From positions 648,487-712,486 of the forward strand of contig NMRA01000012.1 of the NCBI GenBank assembly GCA_002633005.1: DNA of 64,000 nucleotides, in the 5' to 3' direction. Positions 27,610 through 38,350 of the stretch are shown in pieces. Position numbers and translations under genes: made by a program. The stretch's first letter is position 1. Each line of letters starts with the position of its first letter. The DNA comes from Phoronis australis. Taxonomy: Eukaryota; Animalia; Phoronida. The notes beneath the pieces are model-generated. The model ran no database searches. It was not told the origin of the DNA and was given only the letters and a program-made list of their open reading frames with translations.

Positions 27610-27856
27610 TCAGGTCTGTTGTTGCAGCCTACCTCCTCCCGTTCGCAGGTCTGTTTTTGCAGCCTGCACCCAAAGGTCTCTAGTTGCAGCCTGCACCCAC
27701 AGGTCTGTTGTTGCAGCCTGCGACCCAAAGGTCTGTAGTTGCAGCCTGCACCCACAGATCTGATGTTGCAGCCTGCACCCACAGGTCTGTAGTTGCAGCC
27801 TGCACCCACAGTTCTCTAGTTGCAGGCTACGACCCAAAGGTCTGTAGTTGCAGGCT
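27610..27856. repeat. Minisatellite, ~27-30 bp unit (AGGTCTGTAGTTGCAGCCTGCACCCAC), about 8-9 copies
   Basis: Directly visible tandem units, probably in the 3' region of the Ngaro-like element. Confidence 0.9.
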
Positions 27857-28307
27857 TTGCAAATTCTAGTCATTAGTTCTAGTTACCTTTACCTCCATTG
27901 CTGAATTTTTATGCTCAGTTTTTTATATTCTAGCTTTTGTATTCCAGTTTTCAGTTATACCTTTATTAGTCCATATATTGTTTCATAGTCTACCATTGTT
28001 ATTGCCCGGGTTACGCTTCCTCGGATGGGCGATGTCAGTATTCCCATACTGCCATTATGGCGTTTTTTCCATGCCCATCATGCAGAGTCTTGATTAGTTC
28101 TTTCTATTAGCGTCATAATAAATGACATTATTCTCAATCCTTATCTTGTTTTACTCAGCAACATAGTTCTTGGCGAAATAGATTCCGATAAATTACATTT
28201 AACTTGTTAAATGCATTTATCGTCTTTATTTTGACATTTGTCACTTTATTTTGATATCAACCCTTAGGGTTTATTTTTCATTACTCATCTCTATTTAAAG
28301 CCTCAAG

Positions 28308-28845
28308 AGTAGTATAGTAAGAGGTTTTGGGCGCCCGTTTTGAGGGTCTCGGTCAAAGGTCATCTTTGTGAAAGGAGGTCACGTGGTATAACTGCGATCG
28401 GGACACCTACCGGACGGATGTGTCAATGACGTCATGACGTAATAGGTTTAATTAGAGAGGCAACCCGTTTTGCGGCTCCTAGCAACGGATTGAAACAAAA
28501 GAGGGATAATAACAAAACCTGGATTACCTTAGTTCGTGTGCCTGTCGTTGTATATTGTGTGCTTGTTTCATCAAAAACAAAGGAAAAAGGCGATAACCAC
28601 CCAACCCAACAACAGATGTCGTGTAAAGTCTAACCCAGGCCCCGACGGTACTGAGCAAATCGTACTAATAATAATAAGAAGCGATCAGCTAACGCAGAAC
28701 ATAAAACCGATAGCGTTTAAACGTGTATTAATGACAAACCAACACTACAAATATCATACAAATATAAAATCATCAAAACGTTCAGTAGTCTATAGCAAAT
28801 TGATCAAATGTCCGATGACAGTTACCGGTTTCAACTACAAAAAGT
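28308..28845 (+). mobile_element. Polinton/Maverick terminal inverted repeat, copy 1 (left-end orientation)
   Basis: Begins AGTAGTATAGTAAG. Near-identical to the copies at 29369 and 61163. Ends at a single N (28846). Confidence 0.8.
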
Positions 28846-29164
28846 ANAATTCCTGGAACCTGTAGTGATTCGCCCTGTGCTGTTTTCTCCAGCCCAGGGC
28901 CCCTAAGCAGCCCTGCAGCGATATTGAGTAGTGGGAGTGATTACAGGCCCAGTTTGACACCCAGTGAAGAGGACAGTTCGTCGTTCAGTGAACAGATCAG
29001 TGAGTCAAACTTTGATAAGTTTATTGTGGACGTGTCTATTTAGAAGGTGCCAGGTGTGTGGCGAGGGTGTCACACGACACGATGTAAGCAGTTAGGGTGC
29101 GCAGGTCACCATCCAGTGGTAGTGTGTCGCGGGACACTCTGGAAAAAAGGGACAGTTGTTCCTC

Positions 29165-29368
29165 TATCCGTGGTATGCCGGAGGTCCACTTAACCATGTC
29201 CAGTAGTGGCTTGGCGTCGTCGAACTCTGAACAGCACACGCATTCCATTGAGGTAGGCATAACAACGCACACAGTGCATTTGCACCAAGATGTGTCACCA
29301 CGTCTGTCCTCAGTAGCCGCCTCGTTTTTCTCAACAACTGCCTGTGCCTGTGCGCACTCTGCCTCGTT
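29165..29368 (-). pseudogene. Fragment of a P2X7-ballast/ZCD-like Cys-rich protein (KolX-type Kolobok accessory protein)
   Basis: RRGDTSWCKCTVCVVMPTSMECVCCSEFD matches WCxCxxCxxMPTxxECxCCxE. The N-terminus is cut by the Polinton TIR at 29369. Confidence 0.7.
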
Positions 29369-30130
29369 AGTAGTATAGTAAGAGGTTTTGGGCGCCCGTT
29401 TTGAGGCTCCTCGGTCAAAGGTCATCTATGTGAAAGGAGGTCACGTGGTATAACTGCGATCGTGACACCTACCGGACGGATGTGTCAATGACGTAATAGG
29501 TTTAATTAGAGAGACACCTCGTTTTGCGGCTCCTAGCAACGGATTGAAACAAAAGAGGGATGATAACAAAACGTGGATGAGTTCGTGTGCCTGTCGTTGT
29601 ATATTGTGTGTTCTGTCTCATCAAAAACAAAAGGCAACAACAGATGTCGTGTAAAGTCTAACCCAGGCCCCGACGGTACTGAGCGAATCGTACTCGTAAT
29701 ACTAATAATAATAAGAAGCGACCAGCTAACGCAGAACATAAAACCGATAGCGTTTAAACGTGTATTAATGACAAACCAAGACTACAAATATCATACAAAT
29801 GTAAAATCATCAAAACCTTCAGAAAACGTAGTCTATAGCAAATTGTTCAAATGTCCGAATTCAATGTTCAAATCATCAAAACCTTCGGAAAAGTAGTCTA
29901 TAGCAAATTGATCAAATGTCCGATGACAGTTACCGGTTTCAACTACAAAAAGTAGGTGAACGCGCACCTCTCTTGCAGGTAGGTATAGTGTTGGAAATAG
30001 TCTGATTAACTAAGAGAGAAAAGAAACTTTTCAGTTTTAACCGAGTATTACTAACGGCATACAAAATTGAATAAAGACGGATGAATGCGAAGTGTGACGT
30101 CAAGTTTTCGTTCACAAATATAAACAAAGC
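29369..30130 (+). mobile_element. Polinton/Maverick terminal inverted repeat, copy 2 (at least ~750 bp)
   Basis: AGTAGTATAGTAAG terminus. Colinear with 61163-61820 up to the gap. Confidence 0.8.
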
Positions 30131-30299
30131 AACTTCTGAGCTTTGAAAAATCTTACATAATCATCGTGTAAAGTTTGGGCTGACACAAACACGTCTGGGC
30201 ATACACGCGTCGCAAATAAATGATTGTCTTTATGTTATTAGGTGCTACGCAAAGTAAGTTTATAAAAAGACCTCGGTAAGATAAGTAAACCGAAGAGAC

Positions 30300-32300
30300 G
30301 ACTGATTATGCAAACTATTCCGAGATCAAAGTGTGCGAGTTAGTGGTGAGTTATCATTTGCTTCTCTTAGCCAGACTTTCAAGTTTCGTTTCGCGTACGT
30401 AGTATCCAGCCTTTCGTTGTTTTTGACCAACCGTCTATACTCTGTATTTTTATTTCATTTTGTAGATCGTCTATAATCAATATTCGATAACTTTTTTTAT
30501 TATTTTTGTCTATTTTATGTTAACCATCCTCTGAAAATGTATAAAGGTTTGTCACCTACACTACCTCTGTGGTGAGTTTATCGTAAACAATTCCGATTAT
30601 TTCAAAATTTTTATTCTCTTTTTCCGTAAGCAAACATTTTAACAGACATCAACTACCAATTTATCAATTTCAATCTAACAATCTCCGTAGCTTAATATGA
30701 TAAGTTACAATGCGCGTTTAGACTTTGAATATATGTATACGAGTTGCGATTACATTAATCCGTCGACAAATTCTGAAACACAGCGATCGATAGTTTTAGT
30801 GTCTTTATCAAACAAATTCGCAATAAAGTCCATGCTCCATCCTCGTGGTAGAGGTGAGTTATCATTTGCTTAACCCTTCTCTTAGCTGGCCGTTTAAATT
30901 TCGTTTCGCGTACGTAATATTCAGCCTTTCGTTGTTTTTGACCAACCGTCTATACAGAATATTCAAAACCCTTTTTAAATACCCGTGTTTTTGTTTTTCA
31001 TTTATCTTATTTATTTTGTAGATGAACCATCCTCTGAAGTTGTCTAAAGGTTTTGTACCAACACTGTATCTGTGGTGGGTTAATTTATTATAAACAACTC
31101 CGACTATTTCAATATTTGTTTTTATTTTGTTTTCGTAAGCAAAAATTAACACGTGTCAGCTACCAATATTCCAATTTCAATATAACTTTATTTTCCTTGG
31201 CGCAACACTATAAGTTAGAATGGGCGTTTAGACTTAATATATGAATACGAGTTATGATTACAATTGTCCGTCAATAAGTTTTAAAACATAGTGATCGCTA
31301 GTTTTGGTGTCTTTCATTCTCATATCATCCATTCACTGTGCAATAATCATCTCCCAAAGTTGTTAACATTACCATCAAGTGAATCCCTAGGAATATCAAA
31401 AAATCATCTAATATACAATCTGTGAATGAGCCAGTCCTAGCGTTAAAGTCTGCAGTCAGTACTATATGCACCTCGCGCATTAAAGTAGCTTGTAACTGAG
31501 TGATACATGTATTTTCAATCTTCTTCTACCTTCAAACTACCGCCCCCATGCGCATTGCTAAAAGCAGTAGCTGACTCTGTAGCAACATAAGTCAAAATAT
31601 AAAGTACGCCCAGTCTTTGTCTGTTTTGAAAGCTCGACAAACAATTCCTATCATGTCAGGATAATCAGAAAATGTTTTGATGACTTACTTAGATAATGCT
31701 GCTTTCACTAAGACGGCAACACCTCCTGAGCATCTACCATGATATGCCTTTTAAACTCTCGAATTTTTAAAATGCTACCAAACCTCCAAATACATGTTTA
31801 CACTGGCTGTTTTGTTTTGGTCAGTTTCTGTGATTCCCACAAGCTCGTTCATCAGATCGTGCCTACATGAATCTGGTCTAATCAAGTTTCAATCTAGATT
31901 CCAGACCGTGTGGGTTCCATGTTCATATTTTAAGCCCTCGCCCGAAAACCTATTCGTTATCAAACGACATGAGAGCGATGTCGTTATTTTGTATGTTCAT
32001 ATATATAACTTTTTTCTACGCGTAGGTTATCGTAGCACCAGAAAGCACGTTTTCCCTCTCATCCAGACTTCAGCAAGAGTGGTTTGAGATGTTGTATTTT
32101 TTCTCGAACAGATTCAATGAAACCCTATCCATAGCTGGTGTCTTAAAACTTTTTTTCCGTTTTGTAGAACAAGGTGTTTGTATTTAAATTTCTACAATTT
32201 GACGACGATCGAGTGTAGGTTTCACGTTGACTGACGATTTTATTTTCAAAGTTCTGTCACGATTCCATTTCAATGCCATAAGGGCACCAACAAATAAAAC
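30300..32300 (-). mobile_element. Highly decayed LINE 5' region (ORF1 end plus AP endonuclease), with an internal ~500-bp duplication
   Basis: Minus-strand remnants SIVVKL (ORF1, ~32200), VGITET, IVLTADFNARTG (~31435-31470) and TSDHY (~31290). The segment 30340-30810 is a diverged copy of 30855-31315. Confidence 0.6.
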
Positions 32301-33334
32301 GGCGAAAGTATCTTGCAGCAATGCGCGACCCGGGCACATCTTTTAAAACGCAACACTATTCAAAAATGTAAGATTCACGCAGTCGCGTAAAACATGACTT
32401 AGTTCTTATTTCGATTATCCTTGGGGTTTTTTGTTTCATAAGTTGCCACTTCAATTACGTTAAATCTACTGGACAAAACTTCTTGTACAAGAGCAACGCG
32501 GAACGTCAAAATGTTCCCACGACTCCACCGCAAACGGTGTGCGTCTAGGGATGTTGTTAAATAAATAAGTTTCCTGCAGATGGGTTGGGACATGCAACCA
32601 CTAAGAGGCGCCACGGTAGCCCAAGTCGTTCGACGATCCTCATCAGCCGGCCTCTTCACAATAGAAACATCAACGCAAATTTTCAAAATCATCCTCAGAG
32701 TACAGAGAGGCGGACGCAAAACGAGACTAGAAAACAGTGAAAATGAACACCAGGTAGTGGAGTATATATCGAATTCACCCTAAAACAGGGAAATGTCATC
32801 GTGTCTTTAATAAAAAGCTATTTACCAAAAGTCATAACAAGAGCAACGCGGAGAATTAAACTGAACCCACGAACGCACCGCAAACTGTATGCTTGCACGG
32901 GAGTTTATCTGTATCTAAAAATGGCCACCGAATGGTGCAAAAAAGTCTAATCCATCCAAAAACGGCAACACATAATCGTGTTTTTCTTAATAGAAAGCTA
33001 TATTACCAAATTTCATAAAAATCGGTCAAGGAATTCACAGAAACAGAGGAAAACGGAAAAAAATAAATTGACACTAGGGGCAAAAAGTTCGCCGGATCCG
33101 TCCAAAAGTCGTCGTCCCCTGTTGTCAACTTATACGCTTGCTAAATTTAACAAAGATCCTGCAGTCCGTTATCAAGTTCATATCATTACTCTTGTTAAAT
33201 TTAATAAGGCTCCTGTAGTGGGTTTAGGAAGCTGTCGGGTCTGTGTTATCCATCCATCCATTCGTGTTTCTGTCGAGAAAAGTCTTGCAAGTGGTCCGAA
33301 ACCGGTGACACGCCGTTCGAGTCAAAATATTATC

Positions 33335-33530
33335 CTTTTCTATCCTGGGTTAGATAAATAGCCACCCAGTGTGTTCCAGGTTTGTGGCTAGGATCGTAGT
33401 TGCAAACGTAAGCATTCGGATGTGAAACGACACCTAGGCTATACAATTCATCACTGGCAAGACAACTGCCAAAGACCGGTGCCACAAAGTCATTGGTTTC
33501 TAGAATTGCAGTAATCTGATGAGTCTTCAT
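33335..33530 (-). pseudogene. N-terminal fragment of an adenain-like (Polinton/adintovirus) maturation cysteine protease
   Basis: AYVCNYDPSHKPGTHWVAIY includes the catalytic His motif. The start codon overlaps the capsid-gene stop (ATGA). Truncated before the catalytic Cys. Confidence 0.85.
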
Positions 33531-33835
33531 GGTGTGAAATCAAACAAGACGTTTCTAGGTCTGTCAATTTCCACAATGTTTTCAAACTCGGCATAACAAA
33601 CGGCGTTCATTGTAGAAGGCAGTGCCCGTGCGAAATGAACTTCCAAGCAGAGGTTTCCGTGTTTTATGAGATTAAAATAACCCCCATCCGATAGGTCAGG
33701 GGTCAGATCAAAAACAAACAACGTGTTGCCGCCGGCGTAATCCACACGTTCTATGTAGTTACCTTCGTCCTCGTAATTCTGTCTCGTTATCGAAAACAAG
33801 GTCATGAAAGCTCTAACGCCGTAGATTTGTCAAAT
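33527..33835 (-). pseudogene. C-terminal fragment of the Polinton/adintovirus major capsid protein (hexon-like, F54H12.2-like)
   Basis: GNYIERVDYAGGNTLFVFDLTPDL...LIKHGNLCLEVHFARALP...YAEFENIVEIDRPRNV is the characteristic C-terminus of this family. Confidence 0.88.
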
Positions 33836-33962
33836 GACCTCGCTTCCGTAAGTAAACAATGTTCCCAAATAGGCTCTATAGCCGTAAGTGTTGGTTGAAG
33901 GAGACATCAAATTTTCGTTCAAAGAGATATCGTCTGTTTACAGTTATGCACCATATTATGAA

Positions 33963-34936
33963 TCAATATTTCACTAACTTTTTCAATTTGGCTATGAAAT
34001 GTTTCCAGCCAGACCAGTTACATTCAATTATCATGGCTGCTATATCACAAGGATGCCGCCTCTCAGATTTACGGGCTGAAACAATGGCACCAATGTAATC
34101 CGTCTTTTTGGAATCACAATATATATTGTAAATAGACGTTGGAAATGGCGTGATAACACTAACTATATAACTACACAGCAAACGACTCAATCGTCCATTA
34201 CCATCCCCAAACGGATGAAGTGAGACGAACTCAAAGAAAAACCAAGCAGCGCACTTGAATACCAATTCAATCTTTTTACGTTCATTTTTGATATGTTTTG
34301 CATCTTCAATGACGTCGTTGTAAATGTCAATTAAAATCTGAACACGCTGTTCTGCGTCTTCTTCGCTCTTAAACTCTGGATAATAACGAATCTCTCCTTT
34401 ATATTCTGCGCTCCTTGGATTCAAACTGTAGTGTCCTGGAACTGTGCTGCATTGATTGATTCCCCGCATTAACTTTTTGTGAACTTCTTTAATAAATTCA
34501 CTTTGTTCCAGAAGTCCAAGATACAAGTGATGGTCAGTTTCTTGTTTCAAAAGGTCAGCCATGTAATCCATTGCTAGCTTAATATGCACAGTTTCAGTCG
34601 CACTCTTTGAACTGGATCTCCTGAGACTGGGAGTGTTTGTTAGTTCCCTCAGAACTGCCTTCGTCTCTTCCAAGGTTTGAGTTCCGATTTCTTCTCCAAC
34701 ATTGACACGGTAAATAAAACTAGTTCTCATTTCGTCTAATACTTCGTCAACATCCTTATTTGCATACTTCTTTTTTTTTCGAACCATTCTTCACGAAAAC
34801 CAACAATTTCACTAAGCATCTTGGAAACTTTTGGTAAGCTTCCATCCTCACGCCAAGGAGGGGATTCAGTTGCACGGAAATCCAGTACTTTCCAGCATCT
34901 ACTACCAGAACCTTGAACAGCACTTGTGGATTCCAT
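33963..34936 (-). CDS. Fic/DOC-domain protein (putative AMP transferase), ~324 aa after correcting a 1-nt homopolymer frameshift near 34775
   Basis: Canonical motif HPFGDGNGRLSR. The 274-codon open frame 33963-34787 joins ATG 34936 through an A9 run, and the duplicate copy at 35015-35040 is in frame (FEIKKKYA). Acceptor-like ttttgtttttcAG lies 6 nt upstream of the ATG. Confidence 0.88.
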
Positions 34937-35990
34937 GGGAAACTGAAAAACAAAACAATGATAATTATATGACTAAACTGTCAACACCACCCTCCTGCCT
35001 CTCTTTCCCAACANTTTGCATACTTCTTTTTTATTTCGAACCATTCTTCACGAAAACCAACAATTTCACTAAGCATCTTGGAAACTTTTGGCAAGCTTCC
35101 ATCCTCACGCCAAGGAGGGGATTCAGTTGCACGGAAATCCAGTACTTTCCAGCATCTACTACCAGAACCTTGAGCAGCACTTGTGGATTCCATTGGAAAC
35201 TGAAAAACAAAACAATGATAATTATATGACTAAACTGTCAACACCACCCCCTGCCTCTCTTTCCCAACAGCTGACAGCCTTTTTCCAAAAAAACTCCCTT
35301 CTGTGACCTACATATCTCTCTCAACAAACTCCCCGTTCTATCACCTCTATATCTCTCTCAACAAACTCTCCCTTCTATGATCTATATCGTACTTTTAAAT
35401 AATGAACGTGTTTGTTGTCATAAAATTACACACTATGTCACAATGCTAAATGATAAACTTTCTTGGAGTGACGAATGCATAATTAGTTAGGGAATTTACC
35501 TAACCTGAAAATTTATCGAGCACTGCCAGAAAATTGAAATTTTAGGAAAAAAGTACAAACACAGTCACCTTCCCTTTAACTGAAAAATGGTGACCAAGCC
35601 TGTTTTGGCACATTATCCTTCAGTTATATCCATAATAATCCTCTGTGAAATAACGGGAAGTTGGTGTTTTTGTAAGAAGCCCCAAAAATAAAACGTTTAC
35701 CTTAATGATGTTCTTTCATCATTACATCGCTGTTTTTATAATGACATCATATTTTTTGGAATTCTAGACTGCACTTCACTTCACTTTGATCGTTTCCAGA
35801 CACCTGGAAATACGAAAACATTCCGATGCATGTTTTGCATGCAACAGCATTTTGATAGTGTCTGTCTTTTCACGATAAGATTTAATATCATCAACTTTAA
35901 TAACTTGGACGAAACTGTTGTAGCTGTACCTATGTTGCCTAGCCATGGATATCTTACACTGATACCAGAAGTAGACGTATCATTTATATC

Positions 35991-37286
35991 TACCTCCAGT
36001 TTCTGAACTGAAATTCTCGGTCTGTGATTGGCTAATGCAGCTTCTTGTACAGGTGCGAAGCAAGAATTCGCTCGCCGTCATGTCCCAGATGGCGGGTGCG
36101 AGTTTCAAAACCAAGATCCAAGACGTCGCCTTATTCTTCAGGAAAGTGAAACTCAGCCCCACTGTAAAGCTAGAACACATAAAGACCATCTAGAAAAAGC
36201 ACATCAAAGTACCCTCTGCGACCCGTCAAATGCAAAGTGTTTTCCATCCCAGCCGTACGCCTGTCCATGACCCAATAGAATTTGTTTTTAGGTCAAATTA
36301 ATAAGAGGGTTATTGCGGGCTTTTGTGATACAGAGACCGTGCATTACCGACGCTCGTCGTTTTAGTTTAAAATACTAGTTACATTTTTTATCCGTCGGTC
36401 GTTGCCTTCGTCCTCGTAATTCCGTCCCGATCCCGAAAACAAGGGGGTGAAAGCTCTAACGAACGTCAATTGATCAAATTTCGGTTGTAATGGTTTAGAA
36501 GGAACTTGCACCCCGTCGACGTAAAGAGAGAGATAATTGATGTTGTAATGTTTGAAATTGAAAGGGTTCTTGGCATACGATCCACAGTAAACAACATTGC
36601 AGGGTCAACTTTTTGGGCCTATTACGGATCGTATGCCAAGAACCCTTTCAATTTCAAACATTACAACATCAATTTTCTCTCTCTTTACGTCGACGGGGTG
36701 CAAGTTCCTTCTAAACCATTACAACCGAAATTTGATCAATCGACGTTCGTTAGAGCTTTCACCACCTTGTTTTCGGGAACGGGACAGAATTACGAGGACG
36801 AAGGCAACGACCGACGGATAAAAAATATAACTAGTATTTTAAACTAAAACGACGAGCGTCGGTAATGCACGGTCTCTGTATCACAAAAGCCCGCAATAAC
36901 CCTCTTATTAATTTGACCTAAAAACAAATTCTTTTGGGTCATGGACAGGCGTACGGCTGGGATGGAAAACACTTTGCATTTGACGGGTCGCAGAGGGTAC
37001 TTTGATGTGNAGGCGTACGGCCGGGATGGAAAACACGTTGCATTTGACCGGTCGCAGAGGGTACTTTGATGTGCTTTTTCTAGATGGCCTTTATGTGTTC
37101 TAGCTTTACAGTGGGGCTGAGTTTCACTTTCCTGAAGAATAAGGCGACGTCTTGGATCTTGGTTTTGAAACTCGCACCCGCCATCTGGGACATGACGGCG
37201 AGCGAATTCTTGCTTCGCACCTGTAGAAGAAGAAGCTGCATTAGCCAATCACAGACCGAGAATTTCAGTTCAGAAACTGGAGGTAC
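35991..37286. repeat. Fold-back palindrome (~600-bp arms, ~41-bp spacer) built from major capsid gene fragments
   Basis: 35991-36583 is the reverse complement of 36625-37286. The arms encode VRSKNSLAVMS..FKTKIQDVALFFRKVKLSP..NLFLGQINKRVIAGFCD and GSYAKNPFNFKHYNINFLSLYVDGVQVPSKPLQP. Confidence 0.9.
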
Positions 37287-37544
37287 GTGTTCCCACTATA
37301 GCGACGTGTCAATGCTTCACTGTTAAATCCACCTGTTTACTGCGAACTAAATTTAAGCTTTTAACCACGTTTCATAAGCCGAATTTAAGTGTTTTCACTT
37401 CCCACTGACCGGCGCTACCCTAAATAGCAATGTGTCGACACTGGTGGGAAAGGCTATCGTTCTTCGTATTTTTAACAACCCATAAAAGAGATTGAATAAG
37501 CCGCGAACCCTCATTCTACAAGAGGCAACTGTGCTCAACACAAG

Positions 37545-37991
37545 ATGAGACGATCTAAAAATTTATATAGCTCCGAAAGCAACCGCCACCTCTACGACGA
37601 CTACTACGCCGTGCAAGCGGGGAGCGGTCTTCTCATTTTTGTCGGCACTCGCACGCAAAGGGGGCACGGCATTGGTTCCGTTATCGGGGGACTCTTTCGT
37701 TCGGCTCTACCCCTGATCAAAAAAGGAGCCGCTGCAATTGGGAAGCAAGCTTTACGGACTGGAATTGACTTTGCGGGTGACTTGTTGGAAGGGAAAAATG
37801 CAAAAGCAGCCGCCGTAGAACGGTCCAGGAAGGCTGCGGGCGAGTTGTTGAACAGAGCTTCCTCGTTTGTTGGTGCACGCCCCCCGGGTACGCCGCACAA
37901 GGCTATAAAACGTAGAGTATCGACCAAAAGAGTTAGTTCAAAACGAGGAAAGAAAAGAGCAACATCGCAACGCAGAGACATATTTTCTTAA
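37545..37991 (+). CDS. Polinton/adintovirus basic virion protein (pVI/pX/core-like) upstream of the major capsid gene
   Basis: Intact 148-aa ORF with two QxGxG motifs (QAGSG, QRGHG), an amphipathic helix (IGSVIGGLFRSALPLIKKG..GKQALRTG) and a K/R-rich tail. Immediately followed by the capsid ATG. Confidence 0.8.
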   Translation: MRRSKNLYSSESNRHLYDDYYAVQAGSGLLIFVGTRTQRGHGIGSVIGGLFRSALPLIKKGAAAIGKQALRTGIDFAGDLLEGKNAKAAAVERSRKAAGELLNRASSFVGARPPGTPHKAIKRRVSTKRVSSKRGKKRATSQRRDIFS

Positions 37992-37992
37992 A

Positions 37993-38067
37993 ATGGCTTT
38001 CGTACACGACAAGTCCTGTGAGTGTGTCAAAAGTGAGCTCGATTTGTTTGCCGTACCTCCTACTCAG
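37993..38067 (+). pseudogene. N-terminus of the Polinton/adintovirus major capsid protein
   Basis: MAFVHDKSCECVKSELDLFAVPPTQ, then fused directly to TIR sequence. Confidence 0.88.
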
Positions 38068-38350
38068 ATTTTCCTTTGTTTTTGATGAGACAGAACACAC
38101 AATATACAACGACACTCGGCACACACGAACTAAGGTAATTCACGTTTTGTTATTATCATCTTTTGTTTCAATCCGTTGCTAGGAGCCGCAAAACGAGTTG
38201 CCTCTCTAATTAAACCTATTACGTCATGACGTCATTGACACATCCGTCCGGTAGGGGTCCTGATCGCAGTTATACCACGTGACCTTTCACATAGATGACC
38301 TTTGACCGAGACCCGCAAAGTAAGACTCCTAAATGACTTACTATACTACT
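38068..38350 (-). mobile_element. Polinton/Maverick right TIR (outer ~280 bp) followed by TSD GGTATT
   Basis: Ends CTTACTATACTACT. Reverse complement of 61163-61440, sharing the variant TAAGTCATTTAGGAGTCTTACTTTGCGGG. Confidence 0.88.

Noticed and set aside
27610-27856. CRISPR-like array
   Set aside because: The units abut with no unique spacers, there are no cas genes, and the context is eukaryotic; it is a minisatellite.
33963-34936. Calling the Fic gene FICD/HYPE, or bacterial contamination
   Set aside because: It lacks the TM and TPR regions of FICD. It is contiguous with eukaryotic Polinton and repeat DNA and has a splice-acceptor-like leader.
34757-35270. Tandem duplication of the Fic gene's 5' ~255 bp
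   Set aside because: The junction falls exactly on a single N (35014), so this is most likely overlapping allelic contig ends rather than a real duplication. It is useful only as evidence for an in-frame allele.
36945-37070. ~60-bp tandem duplication within the palindrome's right arm
   Set aside because: The junction is at the single N (37010); likely a contig-overlap artefact.
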